Shown here in pieces: positions 12,401 to 25,254 of a DNA stretch of 64,000 bases. The position numbers and the translations under genes are program-made. Below the pieces are notes generated by a model. It was not told the DNA's origin. It worked only from the letters and a program-made list of their open reading frames with translations, and did not search any database. Positions within the stretch are counted from its first letter, which is position 1, and each line of letters opens with the position of its first letter. The stretch spans positions 36,090,401 to 36,154,400 of the forward strand of contig CM120641.1 in assembly GCA_051362555.1 (NCBI GenBank), in the 5' to 3' direction. The DNA comes from Lingula anatina (taxonomy: Eukaryota > Animalia > Brachiopoda).

Positions 12401-15400
12401 TTGTTTTTGCTCTTTTCAATCTCCTTAGCAAAAAGTAAAAAAAAAAATCATAGATTCAATTTCATTACAAAAAGAAACAAGGCAGCGAAGCTGCCAAATG
12501 TACAGACAAGGAAGAAAATAATCTAATGTAGCTGGTTTGCCAATTTGATATGTATGTCAAAATACAAAATAATAAGTAAGTTTTCCTGTTAGAGCATTTG
12601 TAGTAGCAGTACACAAAATATTTTAATCAATTTTGATGCAATGGTACATAATGCTTAACAGCTTATAACCACCATCACTTTTAAATTATGAACTGTAGGT
12701 ACATAAATTCTAGAAAATTTATGAACATTCATCAGTTTTGTAAGTTTAAAGACAAAAGATAAAATGTTTTTCATTTTATTTGTATTTTATTTCATTTTAT
12801 TTGTCGCCGATGACAGACACAGGCAACAACAATATGTACAGACACAGATGTGTCTGTATATAAAACAAGGCAGCAAAGCTGTCAAATGTACAGACAAAAA
12901 GCAGGAAATAACTATGCACAAAATAGGCTAATGTCAATTCTGATGCAAAAGTACATTATGTTAAACTGCAAATTTAACATCAAATTTTAATTATGCTCAA
13001 CAGGTAATACCAATGTAAGTAAAATGTGTAACAAGCATAAGGCTTCAGGCCCATGGGAGTTCAAGTTCACACTTTGAACATGTATAACTTCCAGAAAAAG
13101 AAGCCAATTAGACTGCTTTTCCAACTCAGGCTGCATGCCGATTTCGAACTTGACTTGCGTTTTAGTAAGATCAATTACTCCTGTGAGTTTCATGACAACA
13201 AGCCTATCGGTTTTTCTTGAAATGTGTTTACAGTGTTGCATATATGCTGAAAAGTGAAAAAAAAAAGCATAACTTCTACAATAAAGGCCCGATCATGCTG
13301 ATTTTTGAACTTGACCTGTGTTTTATGAATATTCATCAGCTCTGTAAATATAAAGCCCAAAAGTAAAACTGCCTTCCACTTATCGTGCTTACAATGAAAG
13401 TGCACGGTGACGGCGATGACGGCGACGACAGACACAGGTGATGTCAATATGTACAGACACATCTATATATATTTACTGTACTGTTTAAGAACAGTAATTG
13501 ACATGGTTTTTCTTAAATGGTCATCATGGGAACAGTGCCCAAAATATGTTTTTTTCAAATTTTGATGCAATATTACATAATGTTTAACAGCATAATGACC
13601 ATCAATTTTTAATAATAAAATATTAGTATCATGGATGTTCAGAAAATGTGACTAGCAAAGGTCTTCAGGCCCATGGAACTTCAAAGTCACAACTTGAAAA
13701 TGCCAAAATGTAAACAAGACAGCACTGTTCTGAAATGTTTTTTTTTCCATTTTTAACAATTTTTAACATAAAACAAAATTAACAGTTTACTGCCATTTTT
13801 ATATGATCAACTAAGAAAATTGATGAGATGGGAAAAATATCAACAGAGCAGTGTTAAATGTCCAATTTCTTCCATTCTGAGATTCTGAACATACGGTAAA
13901 GTCTTGAAAATTTCGTCACTTAAAAATTAATTAATATTTTTAATTGTGTAAATCCGACTAATTTTTCAAAATTACCTCTCCCCGACTCCTGGGTATGACG
14001 AAATTTTCAAAAATCCGGCCTTTGGGCTTTTATCCTTAGCGGCTGTTATCTTTGATCCTCATATATTGTGGGATATTTATTACTACTTCCTAAGTCGTTT
14101 TCTGGTGGTAAATAATAATCTATTTATTACTGCATCTCGATTAAGTTATATTTAACTTACTGGATCCGGTAAGAAACATACCTCCTGATAGAGGAGAAGG
14201 ATCAAGATAAGCCTAATTGCCTCCTTACATCATAACCTGGATTTAAAAAAAATACGCAGTTGGCAACGTTTGTTGCAGGTAGGACTTTTCCCAGGATTGA
14301 GTGTTAGGCCTTCTAAAATTATCATCTGTAACTTCCTAAAAAAAATTACAGGGAGTTAAAATAATTGCTCCCGCTGACGATCTTCCGCAATTTAAGTTCC
14401 TTGAACTAATATGAAAACTGCATTTTATTATTGCTTACATCGCGAACGATCTCCCGATGATGATATGAAAATTGCCTTTTCGTCTCGCTCGGATCGCGAA
14501 CGATCTCCCTCTGACGATCTTACGCGAACAAAGTCCTGTGGATATTGCGCAAACGATTCTTCGCCGAAGATACATGTATGCCGTGAGCGGGGAAGGGGAG
14601 TTAAAGATAAAATTTAAAATATATATTATTTATAATATTCAAAGGGGGAGGGGGGTTAAATAATGATCTCCCGCTGACGATCGTTCGCAAACTAAGTTCC
14701 TTGAACTAATATGAAAACTGCATTTTATTATTGCTTACATCGCGAACAATCTCCCGACGTGAAAAATGCCTTTACGTCAAGCTAGGATCGCGAACGATCT
14801 CCCTCTGATATGATCTTACGCGAACAAAGTCCTGAGGATATTACGCGAACGATTCTCCGCCGAAGATATATCGTGAGCGGGGGAGGGGCTGATTAAAGAT
14901 AAAATGAAAATGTTTTTTTTAATCCAAAGTGTGTGTGTGTGTTTGGGGGGGGGGGGGAGTTAAATAATTATCTCCCGCTGACGATCTTCCGCGAACGAAG
15001 TTCCCTAAATCCCTTGAAAAAACATAAAAATTGCATTTCATTCTTGCTTACATCGCAAACGATCTGGCGATGATCATCTTACACGAACGATTCTCCGCCG
15101 AAGATATGCCGTGAGCGGGGAAGGGGGGGTTAAAGATAAAATGAAAAATTTATATTATTTATAAAATTCAAAGGGAAGGGTTAGAATAATGATCTCCCGC
15201 TGACGATCTTTTGCAAACTATGTTCCTTGAGCTAATTTGAAAATTGCATTTCATTCTTGCTAACATCGCGAACGATCTCCCGATGATGAAATGAAAATTG
15301 CCTTTTCGTCTCGCTCGGATCGCGAACGATCTCCCTCTGACGATATTACGCGAACGATTCCCCGCTGCATATATGCCGTGAGCGGGAGAAGGGGGGGTTA

Positions 15401-18400
15401 AAGATAAAATGAAAAATATATTTTATTTATAAAATTCAAAGGGGGAGGGGGGTTAAAATAATGATCTCCTGCTGACGATCTTTCACGAACGAAGTTCCCT
15501 TGAACTAATATGAAAAGTGCATTTTATTCTCGCTTACATCGCGAACGATCTCCCGGTGAAGATATGAAGATTGCCTTTTCGTCTCTCTCGAATCGCAAAC
15601 GATATCCTGCTGATGATCTTACGCGAACGGAGTCGGCTACAAATATGAAAATTATCTTCTCATCTCGTTTGGATCACGAATGATCTGTTGACGATATTAC
15701 GCGAAAGATTCTCCGCTGAAGATATGAAAATTGCCATCTTGTCCCATTCGCATTGCGAACGATCTCCATGTACGAGCCAGGTAATCGTAAAATGGTCCTA
15801 AATTGAACATGGACATGAATAGAAGTGACGGGTACATTTCCCTTCGAGATAATATCTTGATTTTTTCATTGTGTCTTCCTTATTTAGGACAGCCGCCGAT
15901 AACAATAACGGCGTTACGAATGACAAAGCCGCGGCCTGTGACTTCTATTTGCCGACTTGATAACGCACCTTGAGCCAGGTAATAGAAATGAGACAAAAGG
16001 CCGACGTTCCCGCAATTAAGAACGGGAATTCACATCTTAACCACCTATATTGTGAGTAACCGCTCGCAGGGGCGCACTATTGTTCCTATCTCCCATTGAG
16101 AGTGTTATCGGCAATGATATCCTGATCGTATCATTGTCTTGAATCAACTGACGCATTACCTTCATGTTTGAGCTGGACAACGCGGCCATATTTGGCGACG
16201 AACTTTTCAAAAATTATCGAGTACTTCATTTTTAAGGTCGACGAAGTTTTCAAAGGGAAAAAAATTACCTCGGCGGAAAATCGTCTGCCGACGAAATTTT
16301 CAAGAACGACGAAATTTTCAAGACTTGACCGTAGTGAATGATTGAATCTGACAAACTGCAATGATATGAGTTTTTTTCTATTTTTGAAACTTTATTACAC
16401 AATACATGATAACAAGTTTACCATCTTTTTTACAAAATCAACTAACAATGTTGTAAAGATGCAGTTAATGTCAAACAAACACTTTTATGTATCTTATTAG
16501 TTTAATAATGAGACTGTTAACATGCCTAAGAATTGAATCTGAGGAAATGTGAAAAATATGCTGAAAAGTGAAAAAACAGCATAACTTCTACAATAATGGC
16601 CCGATCATGCTGATTTTCGAACTTGACCTGCATTTTATGAATATTCATCAGCTCTGTAAATATAAAGCCAAAAAGTAAAACTGCCCTCCACTTATCGTGT
16701 TTACAAGGAAAGTGCACGGCGCCGGCATCGGCATCGGCATCAGCATCGCCATCGGCGACGACAGACGCAGGTGATGGCAATATGTACAGACACATCTGTG
16801 TCTGTACATAAAAAGGACTACCTTTACCTCTGCCTATCTGGCATGACGGTTCATACTCCATTTCTTCCCTTATGAACTGGTCTATATACAAGTAAGATAT
16901 GTGTTCACCTGGAAAAAGCAGATTCCATATTAAGTGGCAAAAACCACAACTATAATGATTATTATATTAGATATATACAGCAAAGTGTTGAATATTTTAT
17001 AAATCTCATTGTTTTTTGTAAAACTGCCTAGACTACATAGATATTAGCTTCATTTACATGGGTAATATCTATGAAAGGAGGTCAAACACAGCTACACAGC
17101 AAGACTGGCATACATACTGGAAGAAGTTGTTCTTTTTAAAATCCAAGTGAGCAACTAAGTACTAAGCAACAATTCACCTTCTTCGCTATATACTTTGAAA
17201 ACCCTAACACCATCAGTCCACACCGGATATTCTCCATGGCTTTCCTAAAATATGACACAGAGGTAAAAGTCATTTTCAAAAAAAAAAAAAAAAAAAAAAT
17301 GGCAAAATATTGATGAAATGCTTTCTATGAATTAATCATTGTATGTCACCAAGAGTTGTAAGCAAACAAGCAAGATAACTTTCTTAAACTAATCATGGTT
17401 TGAAAATACAATTTAAGGTGGAAAAAAAAAAGAAAAAGAATAGAAAAATCCATTTTATAACCATGCAAAAAATGTTCATTAATACCTCTAACTTAAATCC
17501 AAAGAGCTCCTGTGTGAAGTTGAACATGGTGTCTAGAACATGGTCCAAGGGAAAATAAGATATTGAGTCTTTGCCTTCAAACCCACTAAAATCAAATATT
17601 TCAAAAATTATTGGCAAAAACAATAAATAAAACAATGCATTTCATATCCAGTTAAGGTCAAATTTTAATTAATACCCGTGTAAAGGAAGTGGACAATCTA
17701 TTCATCAACAAAATCATTTTGATTACTGTGTGATGAACAGATAATAATAAGTAGACAGCAAAGCTGACAAATATAAGAACACCATACAGAAAACAAGGCA
17801 GCAAAGCTGGCAAATGTTTAGATATTCAGACGCAGAAAAGTATGCACCAAATAATATTTTGGCCAATTTTGATGCACTATTACATTATGCTTTAAAACAC
17901 CATAATCACTCTCACCTTCTTACATTATGTACTACAGGTAACAAGGACACTGAAAAACTAGCAAGTGATTCAGTTTCATCGGCTATAAAAGCCACTGAAT
18001 ATGCTTATGTGTGAAATGAAATATTAAAGGGATAATAACTCTTCGCTTCGGCCAAAAAATTAATTTTCCTGGAGTAAACAACAATTTTCCCATACTTGCC
18101 AATGGTTAATGAAACCATTTTTATATTCAAAGTTAGTCCCTGGTTTTTTTTCTTAAAAGTTTGGCTTTTTGTTAAAATCTCTTAAGAGATTTTAACAGAG
18201 TATATCCATCAATGGAGGTCACGTGGTCTAAAAACAAGCTCAGATATCAGAATAATAGCTATAACTGCAGTTTTTGTGGTAAAACAGAATATATTATATT
18301 TGTATGAGTTATTCACAATGTTTTTATTGTGAAATATAGATCTCATACCAAGAGTTATTATCCCTTTAATCAAAAAAATAATTACCATAAATGCAAACCA

Positions 18401-21400
18401 ATTGTGCCGATTTTCGAAAGTAACCTGCCTCTACCAAACAAAGCCACTCAGTAAATTTAGTGTAAAACAAAAATGTGGTTTTGCAGGTATGGGGCAAACA
18501 TCACCAAAATTGTAAAATAAGAGAATAATTACTGTTAATGTACACTGATCAAGCCGCTTTTTGAAAACAACCTGCTTCGTTGCCAAACAAAGCTACAAAG
18601 TAAATTTAAAGTAAAACAAAAATACGGTAAGGAAGTTAGGGGGCAAATGTCACCGAAATTGGGCAAATAAAAAAAAAATAATAATAATTTCTGTAAATGT
18701 AAACTGACCAAGCTGATTTTGAAAGCAACCTGCTTCTTTGCCAAACAAAACCAGTCAGTAAATGTAAAGTTAAACAAAAATATGATTTGGAATTTATGGG
18801 GTGAACGTCACCAAAATCGTGCAAAAAAAAAATCAATTAGCGTAAATGTGAAAAGATCATGCCAATTTTCAATTACCAAACAAAGCAACTCAATAAATTT
18901 AAAGTAAAACAAAAATAGGCTTTGGCAATTACGGGAAAAACGTCATGTGTTGGACAGCACCAGCGACGACACCGAAGACAGACCGATCAGAATATATACA
19001 GACACTATAAGTGTCTGTATATAATGATAATGGATGACAAACTGATTCTGATGACAGACTTGTATTTTGCTGCCTTATTCTCACCATACACAGGATTAAA
19101 CTAACACATCTGTTTGCTTTTGCATGTCCGTAAGCAGATGTGTACATGCATGTGTAAAGAAAAAAACTATACACACCCTAGGAACACTTCTCTTTTTAGA
19201 AGGAACGCCAGGTAATGTACATCCCATACTTCCAACTCATATTGCTTATTGAAAGCCTGTTTATTGAATTCCTCCAACTCCTTCAGTTCTGCCTCAAGCA
19301 GTGGTTCTAAGTTTGTCTTTACGCTACAAAAGATTACGAACAGAAATACCAACAGTTCCTTTTTGGTTAATATAAAACAAGCAATACTGTGTATTATAAT
19401 TATTATGTCACATTAACAATGAATGTTAAATATTTTCTTTTTTTAAGATAATAATGTTTAACTTTGAATTTGCTCCAAATCCTGAAGTTTATAAATCTCC
19501 AGAAGATGGTAAGGCTTGAAGTCAGTCACTTTTCAAATATTTCTGCTTTGTTTATATTTTACCACTGGCTTATCTAATATGTTTTAGGTCGCAGGCATGC
19601 CTGTCCATATTAAGTCTACAACTCTGTGATTGTTTCAAATAGGGAGAACAATTGTATTCTAAGAATAAAATAAATCCTTCTTACTCATAGATCAATCCCA
19701 TGACATCATCAGCACTACCCGCCATTGATCTTGACAGTAACATATCTACATGGCTATCAAATCCAAGGTTTTGTGCCACATAATTCCTAAAACAAAAAAT
19801 TTAATAACTAAAAATCAAAATAAAAACAAGGCAGCAAAGCTGTCAAATGTACAGACAAAAAGCAGGAAATAATAATGCACAAAACAGGATTCTGTCAATT
19901 CTGATGCAGTAAAATGTGTAACAAGCATAAGGCTTCAGGCCCATGAGAGTTTAAGTTCACACTTTGAAAATGCCAGAATGAGAAAAAGTGAAAATTTCAC
20001 AAGAAATTGCCTAAATTCAATAAAAAAATTACAATCCAATACTACTGTTATTCTAATTTGAGCTGTATGTCAATCCTAAGAATCATTCTTGTAAGTTAAA
20101 AAAAAGTGACACAGTTTTCTTTGCTTAACATTTGTGGTGGCAGTGCACAAAGGTGTTTTTGTCAATTTTGATGCAATATTACATAATGATTAACAGTATG
20201 ATTACCACCCATTTTAAAATATCTACTATAAATGACATGGGCATTTAGAAAATTTGATTACTATTCAGCTAATATTGTAGTACCATTAATAGTACTGATA
20301 GGTTACATATGCATGTGATTTGCATATTTGTTTAATTCAAAATTTATCTACAAACTTTTAATTTATGCAGATGTATATAAGCATGGCAGGTTGTATGTAG
20401 TGAACCATTAATAATACTGATAGTTTAGATTTGTATGTATGTGATTTGCATATCTGTTTAATTTAAAATGTAAGGTACGTACAATTAAGTTTTAATTAAA
20501 TCACATGTACATAAGCATGGCAGGTTGCATGTCAGTTATGCAAATTAAGATCAAGCATAAAAGAGGCGACAGAGCCACAGAGAGGGAGATACATAGACAT
20601 AGATACACAGAGAGAGAGCCAGCAGGCTTGACACACACACTTATAGTTGTAGAGACCTGAATTTTACAGTCAGTTGAATAGACTATGTAGCAGAAAACTA
20701 TATCTGCCTGTCTCAGTTGTCTTATTGGTGAAAAGCAAATCTAAGAACCTGAATAACCAACAGGTTGGTTACTGCTATATGTGAAAAATGAAAAATTCAC
20801 AAAAATGTAAAACTTCCAGAAAAAGAAGCCATATAGACTGCTTTTCCAACTCAGGCTGCATTTTACTCCTGTTTCCTTTTTTGTAAGATATAGAATCATA
20901 GGTAACATGGTCAGGGTCAGGTTTAGGCCGTCTTCTGGGTTTTCCGGAAGACGGTCAGTTTTTCAAATTTACATTGATGGGTATCTGATATTTTTCTGTC
21001 AGAAGACAGTAAAAAATGGAGGATGAATCAATAAAGATCATTTGGAAGACAGTCAGAAAATATCTATGGATCCACCCCTGATGGTTTTTCCTTAACAGTC
21101 ACTATGGTGGCAATGCCCAAAATAGGGTATTCTTCAATTTTGATGCAATATTACATAATGCTTAACAGCATATTCACCACCAATTTTTAATAAAAAAATA
21201 TAAGTACCATAGCCAAAATGCCATCTGTGTCTGCACATAAAAAAGAAAAAATATATTCTTACTGATCTTAGCAGAATTTAAGGTTCAGAGTGTACATAAA
21301 TGTTTTATGCTCCTTTGCCATTGTGAGGGAGGGGCTCTGTCAGTATTGTTTGAAGACATGTGTGACAGTGTAAAGGGCATTTACAGCTGTAGTGTGTTTT

Positions 21401-23314
21401 TTAACCAGGATAGCACACATATTTTTAAGTGTTAACGCACCTAAAAGTTTACCATATGTGGTTCATACTGCTTTCTTGAATTAATGCATTTGAATGCATT
21501 TAACAATGATTTAATTTAAGCATTTTATTATTTATTGTTTGATTACTATGTTGACCTTTACTGCACAGTAATGAAAGTTTATTTTCTGTATGGTACAAAC
21601 TGTATTATCTATATCAATTAAAAATCAAAACAATAAAATAAACCTTTTTTCAAACTGGAACTTGCTGTTGATGATTTATTATTAACATTAAAGTGAAGAA
21701 AACTGTAAAAACACACTCTCACCTGTCCATCCTGATATTGTTCAATTCTTCAATGTTGGATGCCATGTTCTGGCTGTACTCCTCCGAAGCTCTCAAGTTC
21801 CAAATTTTATAAATTGACATCCTCAACTCTCTACTATCAGCCAGCAGCATGACCTTCTTGTAGACATCTATATTTAGTGGCATAGCCCAAGGTCCTTCTG
21901 CGGGGTTTTCTCTACATGATGAAGATTATATAATGACAATGTCACAAATCATTACATATTTCAAGCAGGTATGACAGAATCAATACCCCAAATGTAAAAT
22001 AATTACATAAGGCAGCAAATAGATTTGACAGTAACTAGGTGAATGCATGTAATGGACTTGCACAGTGTGACATAATTCAGCATACTGTAACTATTACTAT
22101 ATCACATGGTCTTAATATAATAAAATATCAAGCTTGTTTAATTTTCTTTGTTTCAGTACATAATTACTGCATCTCATGTTACTTATTTATTGATTTACTA
22201 ACCTTAATATTTTTCATTTCTGACACAGAGAAAACAAACTTACTCATTTGTGGATATATATTGCAAAAAATCCTCTGGTAAGCCAGAAATTGTGCTTTTG
22301 TGATGAAATATTCGTCTGAAGAGACTTTGACAGAATGAAATCCTTCCTCTGCAAAGTAAACAAATTCATGGATCAATTTTACTTCTTCTAAAGAGTTAAC
22401 AGTTTTCATATGAATAAAAATGCTACTCTTTTGCCTTGACAATTTGTCACAACATGAAGGTTCAAATGTGGAAGGTAGAGAGTGTTAGCATTTTCACATT
22501 CTATGTAAATAGTTTTTTAAAGTGTGATAATATAATGTTAAAACACGATTATTTATCCCATTACTGTTTGCTCTGTTTGCTTGTAACTGTATCATCACAA
22601 AGAACAAAGGTTTTTGAAAGATTAGATATAATTTAAACAAAAGCAATAACATGTAAATCTTTATATTAAACCATCAATGCCTTACTTAAACAATTTGCAA
22701 TCTTCTGACAGATCATGCTGGCCTTTCAATAATTCTTCTCTTTTTCTATTCTCCAATTTAAAGCCAACTTTAAAGAATTCATTCAAAAGCACATCCAGGT
22801 ACCGTTGCTGAATGTCTGTCAAATTTTCTTTGTTCTCTTCTAATTTCTACAAAATATTTATCAAACAAATACAAAGTGTTTCAACATCAATTAGACATAA
22901 ATGTGAGTATGAAATTTTTATAACAATTATTAACAGTACATTTGTCTCATAATCTATGTGTGCTTATATCACACTTTCTGTTTTTTTAATTTAGTTATAA
23001 AATACTAAATGAAATGATACTCTCAAAAAGAAAATTTATAAATTAATTTATGGAAACAATATACTATCTCTTATATAAAGAACTGATATGATTATTGAAA
23101 ATTATGAACAATTAGATTTCACATTTCCTTCTTTACCTTCAAAACATTCCAAAAATTTTCATTTGCCCATCTGTCAGTAAGGATCTTGTTTATTTTAGCT
23201 TGACCCTAAACATAAATCACCAAAATATTTAAAGAAAACATAGAGTGTTTTACAGATATTTTAAAAATAATAAAATTGACCTTACTTTTATTTTGTCTTT
23301 GCACCTTCTAATTG

Positions 23315-23397
<83 letters not shown>

Positions 23398-24121
23398 AAA
23401 AAAATGATTATTTAAACAAAAATTTGCTTTAAATGTTGAACCAACACACTGCACTCTGTGAAGAAGATATACTTGCACTCCCACAAATGTATATATATAT
23501 ATTCTGCAATTTTACTCACTACTTCAATAGACTTTGTGAGGTCTACATCCAGATTTCCAAGGTGGGCACTTGTGGCACTTGCATATAACAACTGTGCACA
23601 TATTTCCTCATATGGTCTAATTACAGAATCAAATGATTCTGGTGCTGAGTCAACTAAATGAATATATTTCAAAAACATGTCATAAGCAAAAGACTTTTCA
23701 CTATACATCAGACATCTACTAATCTTCAAATTTAAATCCCACCAATGGAATGTCCTTTAACAAGTTAAAAAGACAAACTCATGCACATGTAAATTATTTA
23801 TTGAAAAAGGTATGTATGAATCAAGCCAAGAGGTTGTTAGAAGTTCAGCAATATAAATGTATGCAATTGATAATTTCAATTCAATGAAAAAAATAATTAC
23901 TACAAACTATGCCATTTTACAAAACCACATGTGAATGACAACACGTACCTTGCAAGCTTTCAAAATAATCCAGAAATTCAGAACCTTTAACTGCTGCTAT
24001 TTTTGTCAGTCCTTTAAGTAAGTGATGACGTTTGAAGTTCTTGTCAAATGCCGGTGTCTCATTTTCTAATGTTTCTAGTAATGGATTTGTTTTTGGTGTG
24101 TCTTGGGGAACCTCTGGGAGA
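9456..24121 (-). CDS. Peptidase M3 (oligopeptidase A/thimet-like) homologue lacking the zinc-binding motif; start codon unresolved
   Basis: 17 in-frame exons (approx.): 23949-24121, 23520-23653, 23137-23205, 22686-22846, 22244-22348, 21724-21911, 19685-19786, 19178-19323, 17486-17585, 17178-17244, 16828-16908, 12025-12168, 11153-11357, 10506-10581, 10106-10253, 9729-9808, 9456-9597. M3 motifs: EGPW, SMAGS, LEVWDVHY, YFPLDHV, VWTDGVRVFKV, YLYIDQFIR, GYCYAPIWTSMVAADIFEAF, FRRFRGRDP. Confidence 0.85.
10698..10799. repeat. 52-bp tandem duplication
   Basis: TTACTGACAGCATTTACAGCAAAACTGATTAAATAATAACTGTTTCTAGA occurs twice. Confidence 0.8.
10859..11000. repeat. Intronic inverted repeat (~40-bp arms), probable MITE remnant
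   Basis: AAAATTTTACTTCCTGACAGTGAGATCCCTTATGTGATGT ... ACATTACATAAGGAATCCCACTGTGAGGAAGTAAAATTTT (4 mismatches). Confidence 0.65.
11550..11893 (+). mobile_element. Kolobok/T2-like MITE (TTAA TSD), copy 1
   Basis: TTAA-AGGGATAATAACT ... AGTTATTATCCCT-TTAA. Confidence 0.85.
12475..13465 (+). mobile_element. Two head-to-tail HINE-like elements
   Basis: AAACAAGGCAGC(G/A)AAGCTG(C/T)CAAATGTACAGAC at ~12475 and ~12863; terminal hairpin TGTACAGACAC-AGAT-GTGTCTGTATA at ~12835-12860; GACGGC microsatellite before the second end. Confidence 0.7.
13894..16331. mobile_element. 2.4-kb non-autonomous Tc1/mariner-type element (TA TSD) carrying an internal tandem array
   Basis: 24-bp TIRs CGGTAAAGTCTTGAAAATTTCGTC / GACGAAATTTTCAAGACTTGACCG (1 mismatch), flanked by TA; no transposase ORF. 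Confidence 0.85.
14350..15770. repeat. Tandem array of ~220-305-bp units built from CGCGAACGAT / GACGATCT subrepeats
   Basis: Units start near 14351, 14651, 14956, 15176 and 15449 (GGGTTAAAATAATGATCTCCCGCTGACGATC); CpG-rich relative to the window. Confidence 0.85.
16540..16813 (+). mobile_element. HINE-like element, terminal part
   Basis: Highly similar to 13240-13465; (GGCATC)n microsatellite, then perfect hairpin TGTACAGACAC-ATCT-GTGTCTGTACA. Confidence 0.7.
17750..19023 (+). mobile_element. HINE-like element(s) with ~150-bp core tandem repeats
   Basis: Left module at ~17791; four ~150-bp units starting near 18408, 18554, 18713 and 18860; hairpin ATATACAGACAC-TATAA-GTGTCTGTATAT at ~18993-19022. 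Confidence 0.6.
18024..18369 (-). mobile_element. Kolobok/T2-like MITE (TTAA TSD), copy 2, inverted relative to copy 1
   Basis: Same TIRs; interior is the reverse complement of 11550-11893 with scattered substitutions. Confidence 0.85.
19824..21243 (+). mobile_element. HINE-like element with internal insertions
   Basis: Left module at 19824, core repeats, and half-hairpin ATCTGTGTCTGCACATAAAAA at ~21223-21243. Confidence 0.6.
20912..21080 (+). mobile_element. ~165-bp MITE (CAGGG...GGATCCACCCCTG); second copy at ~47479-47645
   Basis: 5-bp direct repeat ATGGT at 20907-20911 and 21081-21085; internal CCGTCTTC...GAAGACGG hairpin. Confidence 0.65.
23319..23392. repeat. (CA)n microsatellite
   Basis: Direct reading. 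Confidence 0.95.
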
Positions 24122-24359
24122 CTGACAAGTAACAGAAAACTCGTAATCATGTATACATTTTTATACATTAAACAACCGGTCATGCTTAAGTATGCAAAGA
24201 CATGCAAGACGCGACAAGACAGGTTAATTGAATAAATAAACACCAACATAGAGTTACATATGCTTCTATATGATACCAAAAGTGCTAGAAATTGTCTTAG
24301 ATAAAAATACACTAACTATGAAGTGGTTTAATTTGATAAAATGCTCCGATGCGGATCTT

Positions 24360-25254
24360 CGTCTGCCATCTTGGATTTCCGTTGCTGGATTTTCGCTCCC
24401 TTCTTGTAAAGCGCCACCTTATTCTACTGATTCTAGCAGAAATCCAAGCGCATTTTTGCATACTTCAGCATGTTCCAAAACTTGTTCCAATATGTATTTT
24501 TATGCTAACGAATTTAATGTGCCACTAAAGTCAGGGTATGACTGAAATGCGCAATACACTGCAATACAGCGCAATACACTTGTTAACACGTGTTGCGCTG
24601 TATTGCGGTGTATTGCGCAATTCAGTCACACCGCTAAAGTCATGGTTGATGTGAAGGTATATATTTTACAATACTTACTTGCATGGAATACCACATATAA
24701 AATACCCACAGATATCTGCAATACAATTATCTGCTACAAGCATTCGTAGTAGTACTAGTACCGGTAACAATATATAATAGCATTATTTATATTTATTTAT
24801 TTCATAGCCATTTCAATCTCAACGTTATGTAATAAAAATGTAATACTGTGATACTTTAAAAATCAAATATTTGATATTCACTCACAGAATATAATAACCC
24901 TGGCCTCTATCCCCACTCTGAGTAAACTCATTTGGCCGCATGGTCTTGCTATAACGACGTATAGACCACAGACTGCGCGGCGGCTTTAAAAGCTGCATCC
25001 TTGCAAAGGAGGCAGCCATGTTTTTTAACCTACTAACGTGACCTTCAAGGTCATGGTAGCTCCAGGCAGATTACCTGATATTTATGAAATATCAGTTCTT
25101 TATTGCCACAGACGTAAATAAAATTCAACATAGGCATTATAAAAAACTGCACAGTTAAGTTTTAATCGGAATACAATTATTCGAAGTCATCGACTGCTAC
25201 TGGAAATCGCGGAAGTTGTTAACCGTGACGTCATGGGCGGGGTGAACCAGCAAC
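24360..25254. promoter_or_regulatory. Divergent promoter region between the M3-like gene and G-alpha 12/13
   Basis: Head-to-head genes; YY1-like GCCATCTT (24365), ETS-like CGGAAGT (25210), CRE TGACGTCA (25226-25233); locally more CpG. Confidence 0.55.
24534..24633. mobile_element. 100-bp foldback element with 9-bp flanking direct repeat
   Basis: ~40-bp inverted arms with 3 mismatches; CTAAAGTCA at 24525-24533 and 24634-24642. Confidence 0.75.

Noticed and set aside
14350-15770. CRISPR-like regular repeats
   Set aside because: The sequences between motifs are themselves repeated (no unique spacers), there are no cas genes, the context is eukaryotic, and the array sits inside a TIR element.
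13190-16891. Similar ORFs 13190-13462 and 16526-16891 suggesting a small gene family
   Set aside because: Both are chance translations of the same non-coding HINE terminal module.
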